Shown here one piece after another: positions 13,359 to 27,803 of a stretch of 64,000 bases of DNA. The notes beneath the pieces were generated by a model. That model worked only from the letters and a program-made list of their open reading frames with translations, had not been told where the DNA came from and made no database searches. Position numbers and translations under genes: made by a program. The stretch's first letter is position 1; each line of letters begins with the position of its first letter. This stretch comes from the human T2T-CHM13v2.0 reference genome, Homo sapiens: assembly GCF_009914755.1 (NCBI RefSeq), contig NC_060933.1; one strand, 5' to 3'.

Positions 13359-14302
13359 TAGAATGTAAGATTGTATCCCTTCAGGGAAGAAAGGCAAGTA
13401 TAGGGAAGTCTGGAAGACTGGAAGATATACAAGCTAACATGTGATCTCACCTCAAGTTGATGAGTGCTACCTCCCTACATAGAAGATCATCCCTGCATGA
13501 CCATCTTTGCATATTAGAGAGCACCTCCTCAGCCCCCAAAGAGAACAACTCTCTACAGACTGCCCAATACTGAATCGGTTCTTTCCTCATCAGCATTCTA
13601 CTTATCTTCCTCAATAGTAACTGTGGCTCTGAGATAGCCTCTAGAGAGTATATGGAAGACGGCTGACTAGAAGCAGCTAGTGCGTGCTGCTTTCATGGAG
13701 AAAAGAAAAAGAGGCAAGTAAATAATAGATCTACAACTAGAACACCCAAGTGGACACACTGGGATTCATTAATGAATCAACTCAATACACAAGGAATGGA
13801 GAGGAACTGGCTAGGATAACCACCCACCCAGGAGTGACATGGAGCCAGGGGAGGTTCCCCACTACCATGGGAAATTGTGAGTGAATGAGAGTCCCCAGGG
13901 ACCCATACTTCCGCCATAGACCTTTAAAACCCTGGCCTCAGGAGATTCCCCAGTGACCCCACCCTACCAAGGCCTTCAGACTGACACAAAGAGCTGCATG
14001 GAATCTGAGCAGAGCTACTGCTCAGGCACAACTGGAATCTCTAAAGCCTTGGATAACTGGGCATCTTGGCATTAGCAGCTGCAGCTCTGGCAATGGGAGA
14101 GGACAGGCTCCCTTGCGTGCCCCTAGAAAAAGTGCAGAATCCAGAGGGTTGAGCAGTGACAGACTACAGGCCTTGCTTCCACTGTACCTTGAAGGATAAG
14201 GTCCACTGGCTTGGGACACCAGCCACTCTTTGCTGGGGCTCTCAGGCCAGTAGCTTCTTTGCACTTCCCTGGGACAGAGCTTTCAGGGGAGAGGCAGGCC
14301 GC

Positions 14303-14965
14303 TGTTAGAGTAGGTAGTTAGGCAGACATGAGCAGGGCAGGAGAGGCACCATGACCAGGAATGCCAGACAACCATCAGATGATGGTCGAGCAGTTGTTTA
14401 ACTGTCACTCTAAAATAATAATTGGTTGCAGCTAGCACCAAGGCAAGGCAGGCTTCCAATAACTAGAAAACACCTGAAGTTTGTAATAAGCAGTTTCCCA
14501 ATAAGATCTCAAAAGTTGGGTGAGTGGGCTCAAGCATGCACACTAAGGCAAAATGGTGGAGTTTAACTGGTTTATGACTTTCCTCCAGGAAGGCTTGACT
14601 TGTAAGAGAAAAATACTTCAACTGAGCATGCGTGCAACTTCAGTAAACACAATACGCATAATAAGTTAGGGTGGGGTGACCAGCCTTCTCTATATAAACA
14701 CTTGGTCTAACCAATCTGTGTGCCCTACATGAATCAGGCACTGCTTCCTCAAGCCTGTCTATAAAATCTGGTGCACTCCTCCATGGGCCGGAATTCCTAT
14801 TCAAGTGCCCCTCTCTCTCAAAAGAGAGAACTGTTCTCCTTACTTTTTCTTTTGCCTATTAAACCTCTGCTCCTAAACTCACTCCTTGTGTGTGTCCATG
14901 TCCTTAATCTTCTTGCGCAAGATAATGAACTTTGGTTATTTACACCAGAAAACAATGACGTTTCA
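14303..14965 (+). mobile_element. MER50-like ERV1 solo LTR inserted in the L1 5'UTR
   Basis: Begins TGTTAGAGTAGGTAGTTAGGCAGACATGAGCAGGGCAGGAGAGG, ends ...gacgtttCA; CCAAT 14711, TATAAAA 14760, ATTAAA 14858. Confidence 0.85.
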
Positions 14966-15469
14966 ACAGCAGCTCCACATCTCTCCAGGGGCAGCCTCAA
15001 GAGACAAGTGAAAAACCTTCTGCCTCAACCACTACTAAGGTCCCTTGTTGTGCTGCCTCCAAGCTGAGGAGGGAACATAAAGCCTGAGATCGCCCCAGAG
15101 CTGTGATGTGCAGTCCATGAGTTCCAGGTCAAGATCTGCAGCCAGCACTCTAGTGAGAAAAAAGGCCACACTTTCAGAACACTGAGAAGGGTGCACAGCT
15201 GCAATCATGAGGAAACACAGAGGAGCCACATGACTGAGTAAAAGCCTATCTACTGGCTATTAGACTTAAGCACCATCTACCGGATCACAGTCCAAAACTT
15301 TAACACCAAAAATATTTTGCTAATATGCCCCACTGTGAAACCAAGGACAAGAATTATGCTACAGATAAAGACACTACACAAAGTCTTGGCTCTCTGAAAA
15401 CTTCCAGAAAAGAAGGCTACTGACTGTACTCGATTTACAATGCAGTTAAAGGAAAACCAGCCCACACAG

Positions 15470-16470
15470 ATTAGAAAGAACAAGCACAAAAACTTTGGCA
15501 ACTCAAAAAAACAGAGTGTCTTTTTTTCCCCAAACAGTTGCACTAGTTCCCCAGCAAGGGTTCTTAACTGGGCTGAAATGGCTGAAATGACAGAAATAGA
15601 ATTCATAATATGGATAGGAATGAAGATCATTGAGATTCAGAAACATGTTAAAACCCAATCTAAGGAATCTAAGAATCATAATAAAACAATACAGGAGCTG
15701 ACAGATGAAACAGCCATTATAAAAAAGAATCAAACTGAGCTGATAGGGCTGAAAAAACACAAGAATTTCATAATGCAATTGCAAATATTAACGGAAGAAG
15801 AGACCAAGCTGAGGAAAGAATTTCAGAGCTTGAAGATGGGTGCTCTGAAATAAATCAGTCAGACAAAAATAAAGCAAAAGGAAGAGACAAACCTCCAAGA
15901 AATATGGGATCATATAAAGAGATCAAATCTATGACTCACTGGTGTCCCTGAAAGAGACAGGGAGAAAGGAAGCAACATGAAAAACAAGCTTCAGGATATC
16001 GTCCATGAAAACTTCCCCAAATTCGCTAGAGAGGCCAATATTCAAATTAAGGAAATGCAGATAATTCCTGCAAGATATTACACAAGAATACATCCCCAAG
16101 ACACATAATCATAAGATTCTCAAAGTTCCAAATGAGAGAAAAAATGTTAAAAACAGCTGGAGAGAAGGGGCAGGTCGCCTACAAAGAGAAACCCATCAGG
16201 CTAACACCGGCCCTTCAGCAGAAGCCCCAGAAACCAGAAGAGATTAGGGGCCTATATTCAGCAATCTTAAAGAAAAAATTTTCCACCTAAGAATTTCATA
16301 CCCAGACAAACTAAGCTTCATAAGTAAAGGAGAAATAAGATCCTTTTTAGACAAGAAAATGCTGAGGGAATTCATTACTACCAGACCTACCTTATAAGAG
16401 GTTCTGAAATAAGTGCTAAATATGAAAAAGAAAGACCATTACCAACCACTACAAAAACACACTTACATGC
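15470..16470 (+). pseudogene. L1 ORF1 relic
   Basis: ORF 15440-15853 gives L1 ORF1 N-terminal/coiled-coil-like peptide; downstream RRM/CTD-coding motifs are disrupted. Confidence 0.85.
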
Positions 16471-16533
16471 ATAGACCAGTGACACTATAAAACAACCACA
16501 AAAAAAACTGCGTAATAACAAGCTAACAACATG

Positions 16534-19500
16534 ATGACAGGATCAAATCTGCACATATCAATACTAACATTGAATATAAATGGGCTAAATGCCACAATTA
16601 AAAGGCAAAAAGTGGCAAGCTGGATAAAGAAGCAGCACCCAAGAGTATGCTGTCTTCAAACCCCATCTCACATGCAATGACACCCATAGGCTCAAAATAA
16701 GGGGATGGAGAAAAATCTACCAAGCAACGGAAAAAAAAAAAAGGAAAAGTTGCAATCCTAATTTCAGACAAAACAGATTTTAAGCCAACAAAGATCAAAA
16801 AAGACAAAGAAGGGCATTCTAAAATGGTAAATCATTCCATTTGACAAGAAGATCTAACTATCTAAACACATATGCACCCAACACAGAAACACCCAGATTC
16901 ATAAAGCAAGTTCTTAGACACCTACAAAGAGACTTAGACTACCACAGAATAATAGTGGGAGACTTTAACACTCCACTGACAGTAGACAGATCATCAAGGC
17001 AGAAAATTTAAAAAGATATTTAGAACCTGAACTCAGCACTGGATCAAATGGACCTGATAGACATCCACAGAACTCTCCACCAAAGAACAACAGAATATAC
17101 ATTCTCATTGCCACATGGCACATACTCTAAAATTAACCACATAATCAGACATAAAACACTTCTCAGCAAATGCAAAAGAACTGAAATCATAACAACCACT
17201 CTCAAACTAAGGCACAATAAAATTAGAAATCAAGACTAAGAAAATCACTCAAAATCATACAATTACATGGATACTGAATAACCTGCTCCTGGATGACTTT
17301 TGGATAAATAATGAAATTAGGTCATAAATCAATAAATTCTTTGAAACTAATGAGAACAAGATACAACATACTAGAATCTCTGGAACACAACTAAAGTAGG
17401 GTTAAGAGGGAAGTTTATAGCACTAAATGTCCACATCACAAATCTAGAAAGGTCCCAGATTAACAACGTAACAGCAAAAATACAAAAACTAGACAAGCAA
17501 GAAGAAATCAACCCCAAAGCTAGCAGAATACAAGAAATAACCAAAATCAGACTTGAACTGAAGGAAGTTAAAACACACCAAAAAAACACACTAAAGATCA
17601 ATGAATCCAGGAGTTGTTTCTTTGAAACAATTATTAAGATAGATAAGCCACTAGCTAGACTAAGAAAGAAAGAAGAGAGGTGATCTAAAGAAACACAAGT
17701 AGAAATAACAAAGGGATGTCACCTTGACCCCACAGAAATACAAAATAAAAAAAAAACTATCAGAGACTACTGTGAACACCTCTATACACACAAACTAGAA
17801 AATATAGAAGAAATTGATAAACTCCTAGACACATACTTCCTCCCAGGAAGACTGAAACAGGAAGAAAATTGAATCCCTGAACAAACTAATAATGAATTCA
17901 GAAACTGAATCAGTAATTAAAAACCCACTAACCAAAAACAGCCCAGAATCATATGGATTCACAGCCTAATTCTACCAGATATATAAAGAGCTGGTATCAT
18001 TCAGTGGTACCATTGAAACTACTCCAAAAAACTGAGGAAAAAGGACTCCTCCCTAACTCATTCTATGAGGCCAGCGTCATCCTGATAACAAAACCTGGTC
18101 GAGACACAACAAAAAAATAAAAGTAAAAGTTAAGGTCAATATGCTTCATGAATATCAATGCAAAAATTTTTAGCAAAATATTAGCAAACAAAATCCAGCA
18201 GCATATTAAAAAAAAAAAAGCTAATCCATCACAATCAAGCAGGCTTTATCCCTGGGATGCAAGGTTGGTTCAACATATGCAAATCAATAAATGTGATTCA
18301 TCACATGAACAAAACTAAAAACAAAAACCACGTGACAATCTCAAAAGATGCACAAAAGGTTTTTGATAAAATTCAACATCTCTTCATGTTAAACACCCTC
18401 AATAAACTAGTCACTGAAGGAATATACTTCAAAATAATTGGAGCCATATATGAGAAACCCACAGCCAAAATCACACTGAATGGAGAAAAGTTGTAAGCAT
18501 TCCCCATGAAAAGCAGTACAAGACAAAGATGCCCACTGTCACCATTTCTATTCAATGCAGTATTGGAAGCCCTGGCCAGGGCAATTAGGCAAGAGAGAGA
18601 AATAAAAGACCTCTAAACAGGAAGAGAGGAAGTCAAACTATCCCTATTTGCTGATAATAAGACTACATATGTAGAAAACCCTATAGTCTCAGCCCAAAAG
18701 CTCTTTGATGTGATGAACAATTTCAGCAAGGTTTCAGGATACAAAATCAATGTATAAAAATCACTAGCATTCCTATACATCAAAAAGAGCCAAACTGAGA
18801 GCCAAGTCAGGAACATAATCCCATTCACAATTGTCACATTATTAAACATTGCTCAAAGAAATCAGAGATGACACAAACAAACGGAAAAACAGTCCATGCT
18901 CATGGATTGGAAGAATCAATGTCATTAAAATGGCCATATTGCCCCAAGCAATTTATGGATTACATGCTATTCCTATCAAACTACCAATGACATTCTTCAC
19001 AGAGCTAGAAAAAATATTTCAAAATTCATATGGAACCAAAAAAAGAGCCTGATTAGTGAAGGCAGTCCTAAGAAAAAATAACAAAGCTGGAGGAAACACA
19101 TTACCTGACTTCACACTATACTATACAGCTACAGTAAACAAACAGCATTCTGCTGGTACAAAAAGAAACACACAGACCAATGAAACAAAATAGAAAGCCT
19201 AGAAATAAGGCTGCACACCTACAATCATCTTGATTTTCGACAAAGCCAACAAAAAAAGGCAATAAGGCAAGGACTCCGTATTCAATAAATGGTGCTAGGA
19301 TAACTGGCTAGCCACATGTAGAAGATTGAAATTGGACCCTTTCCTTTCACCAAATACAAAAATCAACTCATGATGGACCAAAGACTTAAATGTAGAGCCT
19401 AAAACTATAACAATCCTGGAAAAGAACATAGGAAATACCATTCTGGATATAGGACCTTTAAAGATTTAATGATTTAATGATGAAGACACCAAAAGCAATT

Positions 19501-20321
19501 GCAACAAAAACAAAAGTCGACAAACGGTATCTAATTAAACAAAAGTGCTTCTGCACAGCAAAAGAAACTATCAACTAAAGTAAACAGACAACCTACAGAA
19601 TGGGAGAAAATAGTTGCAAACTATGCATCTGACAAAGGTCTAATATCAAGAATCTATAAGAAACTTAAATTTATAAGCAAAAAACATACAACCCCATTAA
19701 AAAGTGAGCAAAGGACATGAACAGAAACTTTTCAAAAGAAGACACATACAGGCAGCCAACAAGCATATGAAAAAACTCTCAACATCACTGATCATTAGAG
19801 AAAGGCAAATCAAAACCACAATGAGATAACATCTCACACCAGTCAGCATGGCTATTACTAAAAAGTCAAAAAAGTAACAGTTGCTGGTGAGGTTGTGGAG
19901 AAAAGAGAATGCTTGTACACTGCTGGTGGGAGTGTAAATTAGATCAGCCATTATGGTAAGCAATGTGGTGACTCCTCAAAGAACTTAAGATAAAATTACC
20001 ACTCAACCCAGCCATCCCATTTTTGGGTATATACCCAAAGGAATATAAATCATTCTACCATAAAAACACATACATGCATATGTTCATTGTAGCACTATTC
20101 ACAATAGAAAAAATATGGAATCAACCTAAATGTCCATCAGTGGTAGACTGGCTGAAGAAAACCTGATACATATACACCATGGAATACTATGCAGCCCTAA
20201 AAAAGAATGAGATTGAGGCCTTTGCTGCAACATCGTTGGAGCTGGAGGCCATTATCCTAAGCAAACTAATGCAGGAACAGAACACCAATACTGCATGTTC
20301 TCACTTTTAAGTGGGAGGTAA
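16534..20321 (+). pseudogene. L1 ORF2 (endonuclease/reverse transcriptase) relic
   Basis: Fragments [43 protein letters not shown]; multiple stops; small internal deletion near 18840. Confidence 0.9.
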
Positions 20322-21207
20322 ACAACAAGAACACCAGGATATGAGGAGTGGAACAACAGCCACTGGGACCTACTTGAGGGTGTATGCTGGGAAGAGGGAG
20401 AGGATATGAAAAAATAACTATAGGGTACTCTGTTATTACCTGGGTGATGAAATAATCTGTCCACCAAATCCCCATGACACCAGTTTACCTTTGTAACAAA
20501 CCTGCATTTATACCCCTGAACCTAAAATAAAGGTTAAAAAAAGAAACAGTAACATAAGAATAAATATTTATTGAATGAAAAAAAAGAAGCTTCTACTGCT
20601 TATTCCTACTAACCGAAGTGTCCTGAGGGAGGAGGTCTGTGGTATGTCTATGGAAAGGCCTTTTCTCCAACAGCTTTGGGCATCCCCAAGAGTTAAATAC
20701 AGAGAGATCTTGGGTAACTTCACTGACCTGATCTTTACCAGCTCTGGTCATAACTTTTCATTATAAGAATAAGCTTTTCAGGGATTCTGGGGGATTTGAC
20801 ACATGCTGTGAGTAGCCATGAAGTTCAAATGTAACATCAAGTCTTAAGGATACCAGGTGAGATTTAGTCTCTCCTAGAGAAAGTTCAGGGACTGAGTCAT
20901 ACAACGCATTTGATAATTGCTGAATCTGAATCTGTACTGCCTTCAAGGGCCCATTGCTATCAAATGGCTATGCTCATTACTAAAGGGCTGGTGGCTGGAG
21001 GGAAGAACTCACAGCAAGGGATCTTCAAAGCCAGGCAAGAGACTAAGATTGCTTTTTCGAATTGGGGGTGGCAAATTTAAAGGCCTACAGGCACCAGGCA
21101 GGAAATGTAAATGAAAGACGCAGGCCAGCTCGGAAAATGTGAGAGCACATATGAAGTGTTTATAAATGAGGCTGCTGCAATTCAGTCCATGAATCTTCCC
21201 ATTTTCT

Positions 21208-21577
21208 TTTTTTTTTTTTAATTGAGGTAGGGTTGCCAAATAAAAATTGATGTTTTGATATACATACACATTGTGAAATGATTACCACAATCAAGCTAAT
21301 TAATATATCCATCATCACAAACAGCTACCACTGTGTGTATCTGTATGTTTGTGTGTGTGTATGTGTGTGTTGTGAAAATAGTTGAGATCTATTCCATTAG
21401 AAAATTTTAAGTATACATTATTAACTCAAATCACCATGCTGTGCATTAGGTTTCCAGAACTTATTCATCTTCTTTATCAAAGTTTGCACCATTTGTTCAA
21501 TAACTCCCCTTTTCTTCCACGTCCCAGCCCCTAGTAACCACCATTCTACTCTCTGTTATTATGAGTTTGACTTTTTT
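21208..21577 (-). mobile_element. L1MA 3'-end fragment
   Basis: Poly(T) followed by reverse L1MA 3'UTR (cattgtgaaatgattaccacaatcaagctaattaa...). Confidence 0.85.
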
Positions 21578-21859
21578 CCTGGAGAAGCTGAATATAGAGA
21601 AAAATGGTTTTATGTGAAATTGTTCATTCTTTTAAAGTTAGCAACTAATTAACTAAATACACACACTAACATACGTACACACTACTATGAAGGACCAACA
21701 AAACTCAACTACGGGCTCATATTTGACACCAACACATTCTCCGCATACCTAGGGCAGACTAGCTTGTGTAGCTTAGCTTTGGATCAGTAATTTCAAACTT
21801 CTCTGTAATCTATGCCTGCTGCTGTGTGTTTATGTTTGCAGTGTTAAAAAGAATTAACC

Positions 21860-22553
21860 CGCCTGTTAGAATGGCAATTATTAAAAAGTCAGGAAACAAC
21901 AGATGCTGGAGCGGATGTGAAGAAATAGGAAGGCTTTTACACTGTTGGTGGGATTGTAAATTAGCTCAACCATTGTGGAAGACAGTGTGGCGATTCCTCA
22001 AGGATCTAGAACTAGAAATACCATTTGACCCAGCAATCCCACTACTGGGTATATACCCAAAGGATTATAAATCATTCTACTATAAAGACACATGCACACG
22101 TATGTTTATTACGGCACTGTTCACAATAGCAAACACTTCGAACCAACCCAAATGCCCATGAATGATAGACTGGATAAAGAAAAGGTGGCACATATACACC
22201 ATGAAATACTATGCAGCCATAAAAAAGGATGAGTTCATGTCCTTTGCAGGGACATGGATGAAGCTGGAAACAATCATTCTCAGCAAACTAACACAAGAAC
22301 AGAAAACCAAACACCACATGTTCTTACTCATAAGTGGGAGTTGAACAATGAGAACACACGGACACAGTGGGGGGTGCATCACACACTGGGGCCTGTCGGG
22401 GGCTTGGGGACTGGGGGAGGGATAGCATTAGGAGAAATACCTAATGTAGATGATGGGTTGATGGGTGCAGCAAACCACCATGGCACGTGTATGCCTATGT
22501 AAATCTGCACATTTTGCATATGTACCCCAGAACTTAAAGTATAATAATAATAA
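21860..22553 (+). mobile_element. 5'-truncated L1PA (PA6/7-like) with TSD
   Basis: ORF2 C-terminus and 3'UTR; 14-bp TSD aaaaagaattaacc at 21846-21859 and 22554-22567; TT|AAAA target. Confidence 0.96.
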
Positions 22554-24807
22554 AAAAAGAATTAACCATATAAAATGTTAGCATCAGTTTTACTTTTGAG
22601 ATTAGAATCAAAAAGCCAAGTCAAGGTTGTTAATGAGAGCAAGAGGACCTCAAGCACGCAGGGTGGAAATCAAGGAACAACAATTAGTAGACAAAAAGGA
22701 TGACAGAAAAAAGTCTGGCAATAAACAAAGAATGTCCAGGACAGATAAAGAAATTAACTTATAAACACGTTATGCGCTACGTCAGTTAGCCAGTTGGGGT
22801 TGGCATTTATATTCATGTAAATGGTTCATCTCTATTGAGATCAACACACTGGGTTTGGGTAATTTGCACATGACACAACCAAAACCAAAGGTCTTATAAA
22901 AGAGAGCAGCTTGCCGTTTATCTCCCATACAATTCTCTAAAAGTGCTCTTCTGGGAGAGAGAAGAGAGAGAGACCCCAGCCTTGCACATCAAGACCGAGT
23001 TTCCTCCCGTATAGCTTCATGGTTAGATGGCAAGGGGCAAGCGTGCAGCATTCTGAAAACTTCACAGCAATGAGAATAGAGGGCAGTGACCAAATCAGCA
23101 AGAAAGGATCCACTCACCAGGTGCCAGAGTGGAGCAAACACTGGATAGCTGGAGATCGAAAATTAATGAAGATACTTAGTTGCCTAGAAGAGCTTACATT
23201 CTAGTGGCAGGGTATTCATTTAAGGGAGAGAGAGACAGAAGAGACAGAAAGAGAGAGAGAGATTTTTATCTCCTACCTCATTCTTTCCCCCAGTTTCAAC
23301 ATCCCTCCTATCAGAACAATCCCTGGCACTAGGCTTAGTCCTAGTTATATGTTTGTAATTTTCAAACCCTGAAATTGGAATGATAGTTAATCTGCCTCCC
23401 TACCGTGCCTCAGGAAGTTCAGATTCCATAAGGGCACAAAAATCTATATTTAAAATAAAAATCCCCTGAAGGGTTTCTTATGATCACCCTGGCGAGAGGA
23501 GCTTGGTTTTCACCCCTCTCTTCACTGTCCATCCCCAAAGCCCTGACTACTTCTGCTAGTTATTGAAGAACCAGCCTCAGGGCCTGAAAATCATAACCAC
23601 AGCCCTGACACAAAGCTCTGTTCACAAAGATTGTTCAAAGCCGTGGAATTCTCTGGCCCTTTCATAATTGTAATAGATATTGAAATGAAGCACATTCTAT
23701 TCTCTCCACAGGGAGAGCTTTTTTCTTTTTTCCCCTTCAGTTCAAAGACTTCTCCTGGTACCCTGATAGCATAATAATTGGTTTTTCTTTCCTCTTTATG
23801 CATGCTTATAGACACAAACTCCGGTGTTTTTGTCCTATTTCAATAAAAATTGACACAAACTTTACAATAAATGGCTCTGATATAACTGATTGTTCTCCCG
23901 TTGAGTAATAATACTCATAAAAAGAAATGGAAGGCACAAGAAGATCAGGGAGTGGGCAGAAATTGGAATCAGAGAGGGAAACTGTTTAGCATTTATAACT
24001 TCCATAAACTCAACCTTGTATTTGTGTCAGCTACTTTATAGTTTTCCAATTTACTTTTTAATTGAGTCCTTTTTGTCAGCCATGTTTGGAAGACGTAATT
24101 CTACATCGTCTTTCAAAACCGTACCACTTTAGTTCAGTTCAATTGATCTCTCTTTGTATTTATTATTCTTGAGCCCAACATATATCACTTTCCATTTGGC
24201 CAACTGCAAATGCAATTTACCATGCATCAAGCCACTTACACAGCAGATCTGCATTAGTTAATATTCTATTTGGGGTGATCTTTTCTGTGTTTGCTGTTAG
24301 CCCTGATCACTGCCACTTACCATACTGTTTAAGTTATAAAAACAGAAACAGTAACTCAAATGAACTGATTTACTTGCCTGACTATATAGTTTAACCATGT
24401 GAAGTGAAGCTATTGCTGAAGGCACATAAAATGTGTAATAATTGAACCAACTTTGGTTGCAGACTCTCTGAAAACCTCACAGAAATGTACAAATTGCCCT
24501 TCCATGCTTCCTTTTCATTGTGGTCTCCTGAAAAGACCCTGTAGCTGAATGATCAGAGACCTGGAGTCTGGTTCTGGCTCTGTGCCCCACACATTCTGTG
24601 ACCTTAGGCCTTTTTCTCTGTCTTTGCTTTCTGTCTATTTCCTGGTTTTGGAATACCCACAGAATGCTTCCTGAAGCATTTCACAGTTGTTTTCTGGAAA
24701 GATGAGTCGGGAAAAATTGATTAATCAACAAGGAAGTAGATCAAGTGAAAAACAGAAAGGGAAAGATATGGAGCCAAGCATAGGGAGTCTTAAAAATCCA
24801 AGAAAGG

Positions 24808-25191
<384 letters not shown>

Positions 25192-26259
25192 TTAAAGAGT
25201 AAAGACATTGTTGATCCTAGGTGTAATGTCCTTCATTTCCAGTGCACTTTCAGGACTGAATGAAAGTATAAATGGGAAGGCATTTTTCATTCAGTGTTGA
25301 GCTGGGTGCTGAGGATACACTGATGAGCAAGACAGACACAATCCCTACCCTCTTGGTGCTCATAGCCAAAGACTTCTTAATATGAAGGACTATGGAGATG
25401 TAAGCTATTACTATTGTTGTTGGTGTCCTGTTGTTGAAATTGGATTAGTCCTGATTCTTCCTGCTGGAAAACACAAAATTCTTTAGAGGTTTTTAAATAC
25501 ATGTTACTAAAATAGGTTTGCCACTGGGAAGGTGCCATTTGAACAGTCTCACAGTTTTCAAGGACTTTATGCAACCATTTATTCAGCTTCTAATTCTAAT
25601 TCTAACCCACTCATTCAGAATGTACAGCTACTTGACCAGCATCTAATTCTTAGTTTCTACACAAGTTAAAGAAACGTATTTAACATACACATATTTATCT
25701 GACGACATCTCTGATTTCTGTTTACACTGGCAAAGTCCCATTTAGACATGATTTCTTCCTATGTGCCATAGCACTTTCCATATGTATCTATTATAGAAAT
25801 TATCTGAGCGTATTAACAATTTCTGCTAGCTCCTTGGGGACAACAATTATGTCTTAATGATTTTTGTGACACTAGCACCAAATGCAACTACCAAGTACCT
25901 ACCACACTACAAGCATTGTGGAAACCACTGGAGATATAGAGATGATCGGATGTTGACCTCCTTTTCAGGAGCTCATATTCAAGTGGCATAGGTGTAATTG
26001 TAAACAAACAAATGCAATATAATGTGTTGTATGTTACATCAGTTAGCATGCTTTAGGCTGCAATTAACATAAAAACTGAGTTAAACTGACTTTAAAAATA
26101 AAGAAATTTCCCTGCTGTTTTTATCTTTATTTTTCTTCCATTCTTCCATTCCTTTCATTTCCCATTCTGGGCAGAGATGCTGGCATCTGCAAAAGCCAAG
26201 TGGTGAGAGGCTGGGGAATGGAAGGGGCAGAAGGAAGAGATGACTGGAGTACTTGGAAG

Positions 26260-26810
26260 ATTGTGCAAACAAGTAAATAGATTGAGGATAATGAGAGCCA
26301 GGTTTCTCATTACTTGTAAAAGGATTTTACAAGCGTGGGAAAAGGGAAGACTAAAAGGAACCTTGAAATATTAGACCGGGGCTTTAGGCATCAGTATGAA
26401 CTTGTAGGCTTTCTAGTATACATATTCACCTAAATATAGAATTGGTTGTTGTTATAGGTGTGTGTATGTATATACATATATTTCCCAACTTTGTTCTCTG
26501 AGCGGGTCTCAATGCAGTGGCACCCTGGAAGCAATGACCACATTGGACATCCAGATGGTGGTTTCTAAATTCCACCCTGCACTAGAGTCTGGTCATGAGG
26601 AAACATCAGACAGACCCAAATTAAAAGTCACCTTATAAAATGAAAGACCTATATTCTTTAAGAGTGTTAAGGGTGTAGGAAACCTGAAAAGACTGTGGAA
26701 CTGTTCCACATTGAAGGAGACTGATTAGGCCTGACAACTAAATACAAACATGTTCTTGGATAGGATCCTGGACCAGAAAGGAACAAAAAGCATTACTGGA
26801 ACAGTGGATG
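26260..26810 (+). mobile_element. L1MC-type 3'UTR fragment
   Basis: gagccaggtttctc..., catgaggaaacatcagacagacccaaatt, gacaactaaatac...ggataggatcctggaccagaaa. Confidence 0.7.
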
Positions 26811-27803
26811 TGTACTAATTTTGACCTTAATAAGTGCCTCTGGTTTGCTATTTAAAGAATGTGAAACTATGAGGTGACTAACTCAACTGTTTTTAGCATT
26901 TGCCAAAGCTTGGTTACAAAGCTTTTATTTTTTCCCCAAAACATTTTTGTTGACTTCATAAAGATGAATAACCAACAAAAGATTTTTTTTTAACCAACAC
27001 ACTTGATTTCAGAAATATTACTCCTGAGAACACTATACCAAAAGTTTCATTTCTAATGACAATAACATGAGGTCACATTTATAGTAACACCCAAATCACA
27101 ATCACTTAGCAACTCCCTTCCCCGATACGTTGGAACTCAAAATACCACACCTTGCTCCATTACTTCTGAGTCTGTTCTGTTCTTCATGTTCCAGTTCTGC
27201 ATCAGCCCCATGCTATGGCCTCTGGATATGATCTGCTGCAGCTCCGGGACCACACACACCTTGGGAAATGAGGTTGAGGAAGTTGTGTTGGTCACCCTAT
27301 GTCACTCAAGCCCAAGTTTGGAAAGGAACCTCCCTTGATTCTCTACAGTATGACTGAGACCCAGCTTGAATTTTTTACAAAATACTGAAAGTTTAAGCAT
27401 TAAAGAAGGAAATTACATTACATTTAGTAGTTTATTTCTGCTTTTACATGTGCTACTCTGAGAGCCAACAGGCTCTAGGCTTGCCCTCTGTCGCGCCTCC
27501 TAGTCACCCTACCTAACTCCCTCCCAGCCCCCAAGAGGCCGACTCTACCTCATCTCACCACTATGTCCTCCATCATCCCTATAACCCAAAGTCCAGGCCT
27601 GTATGCCCTGAAGCCCAGAGAGAAAGCTTGTCTCTCTCTCTCCAATCTTTGGCCTGATTCCTAGATTTTCTTCTGTCTCTGGATCAGTCTCTTCCAGAAC
27701 AGGAGAACTCACTATATGACCACAACAGAATAATTGCAAAATAACATACCCTGAAAACCTCAATAAATTCTAATTATTATATCCAAAATAATGTGTAGGA
27801 CAT

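Larger units (their letters stand above)
13644..20542 (+). mobile_element. Near full-length old primate L1 (L1PA13-16-like), inactive
   Basis: 5'UTR, ORF1 relic, ORF2 from ATGACAGGATCAAAT (16534), 3'UTR ending cctaaaataaaggttaaaaaaa; many stops and frameshifts. Confidence 0.95.

Noticed and set aside
13630-20555. TSD for the full-length L1 and for the MER50 LTR
   Set aside because: No convincing direct repeat at either pair of junctions.
27170-27290. Plus-strand exon after ttcttcatgttccag
   Set aside because: No good donor and no recognisable peptide.
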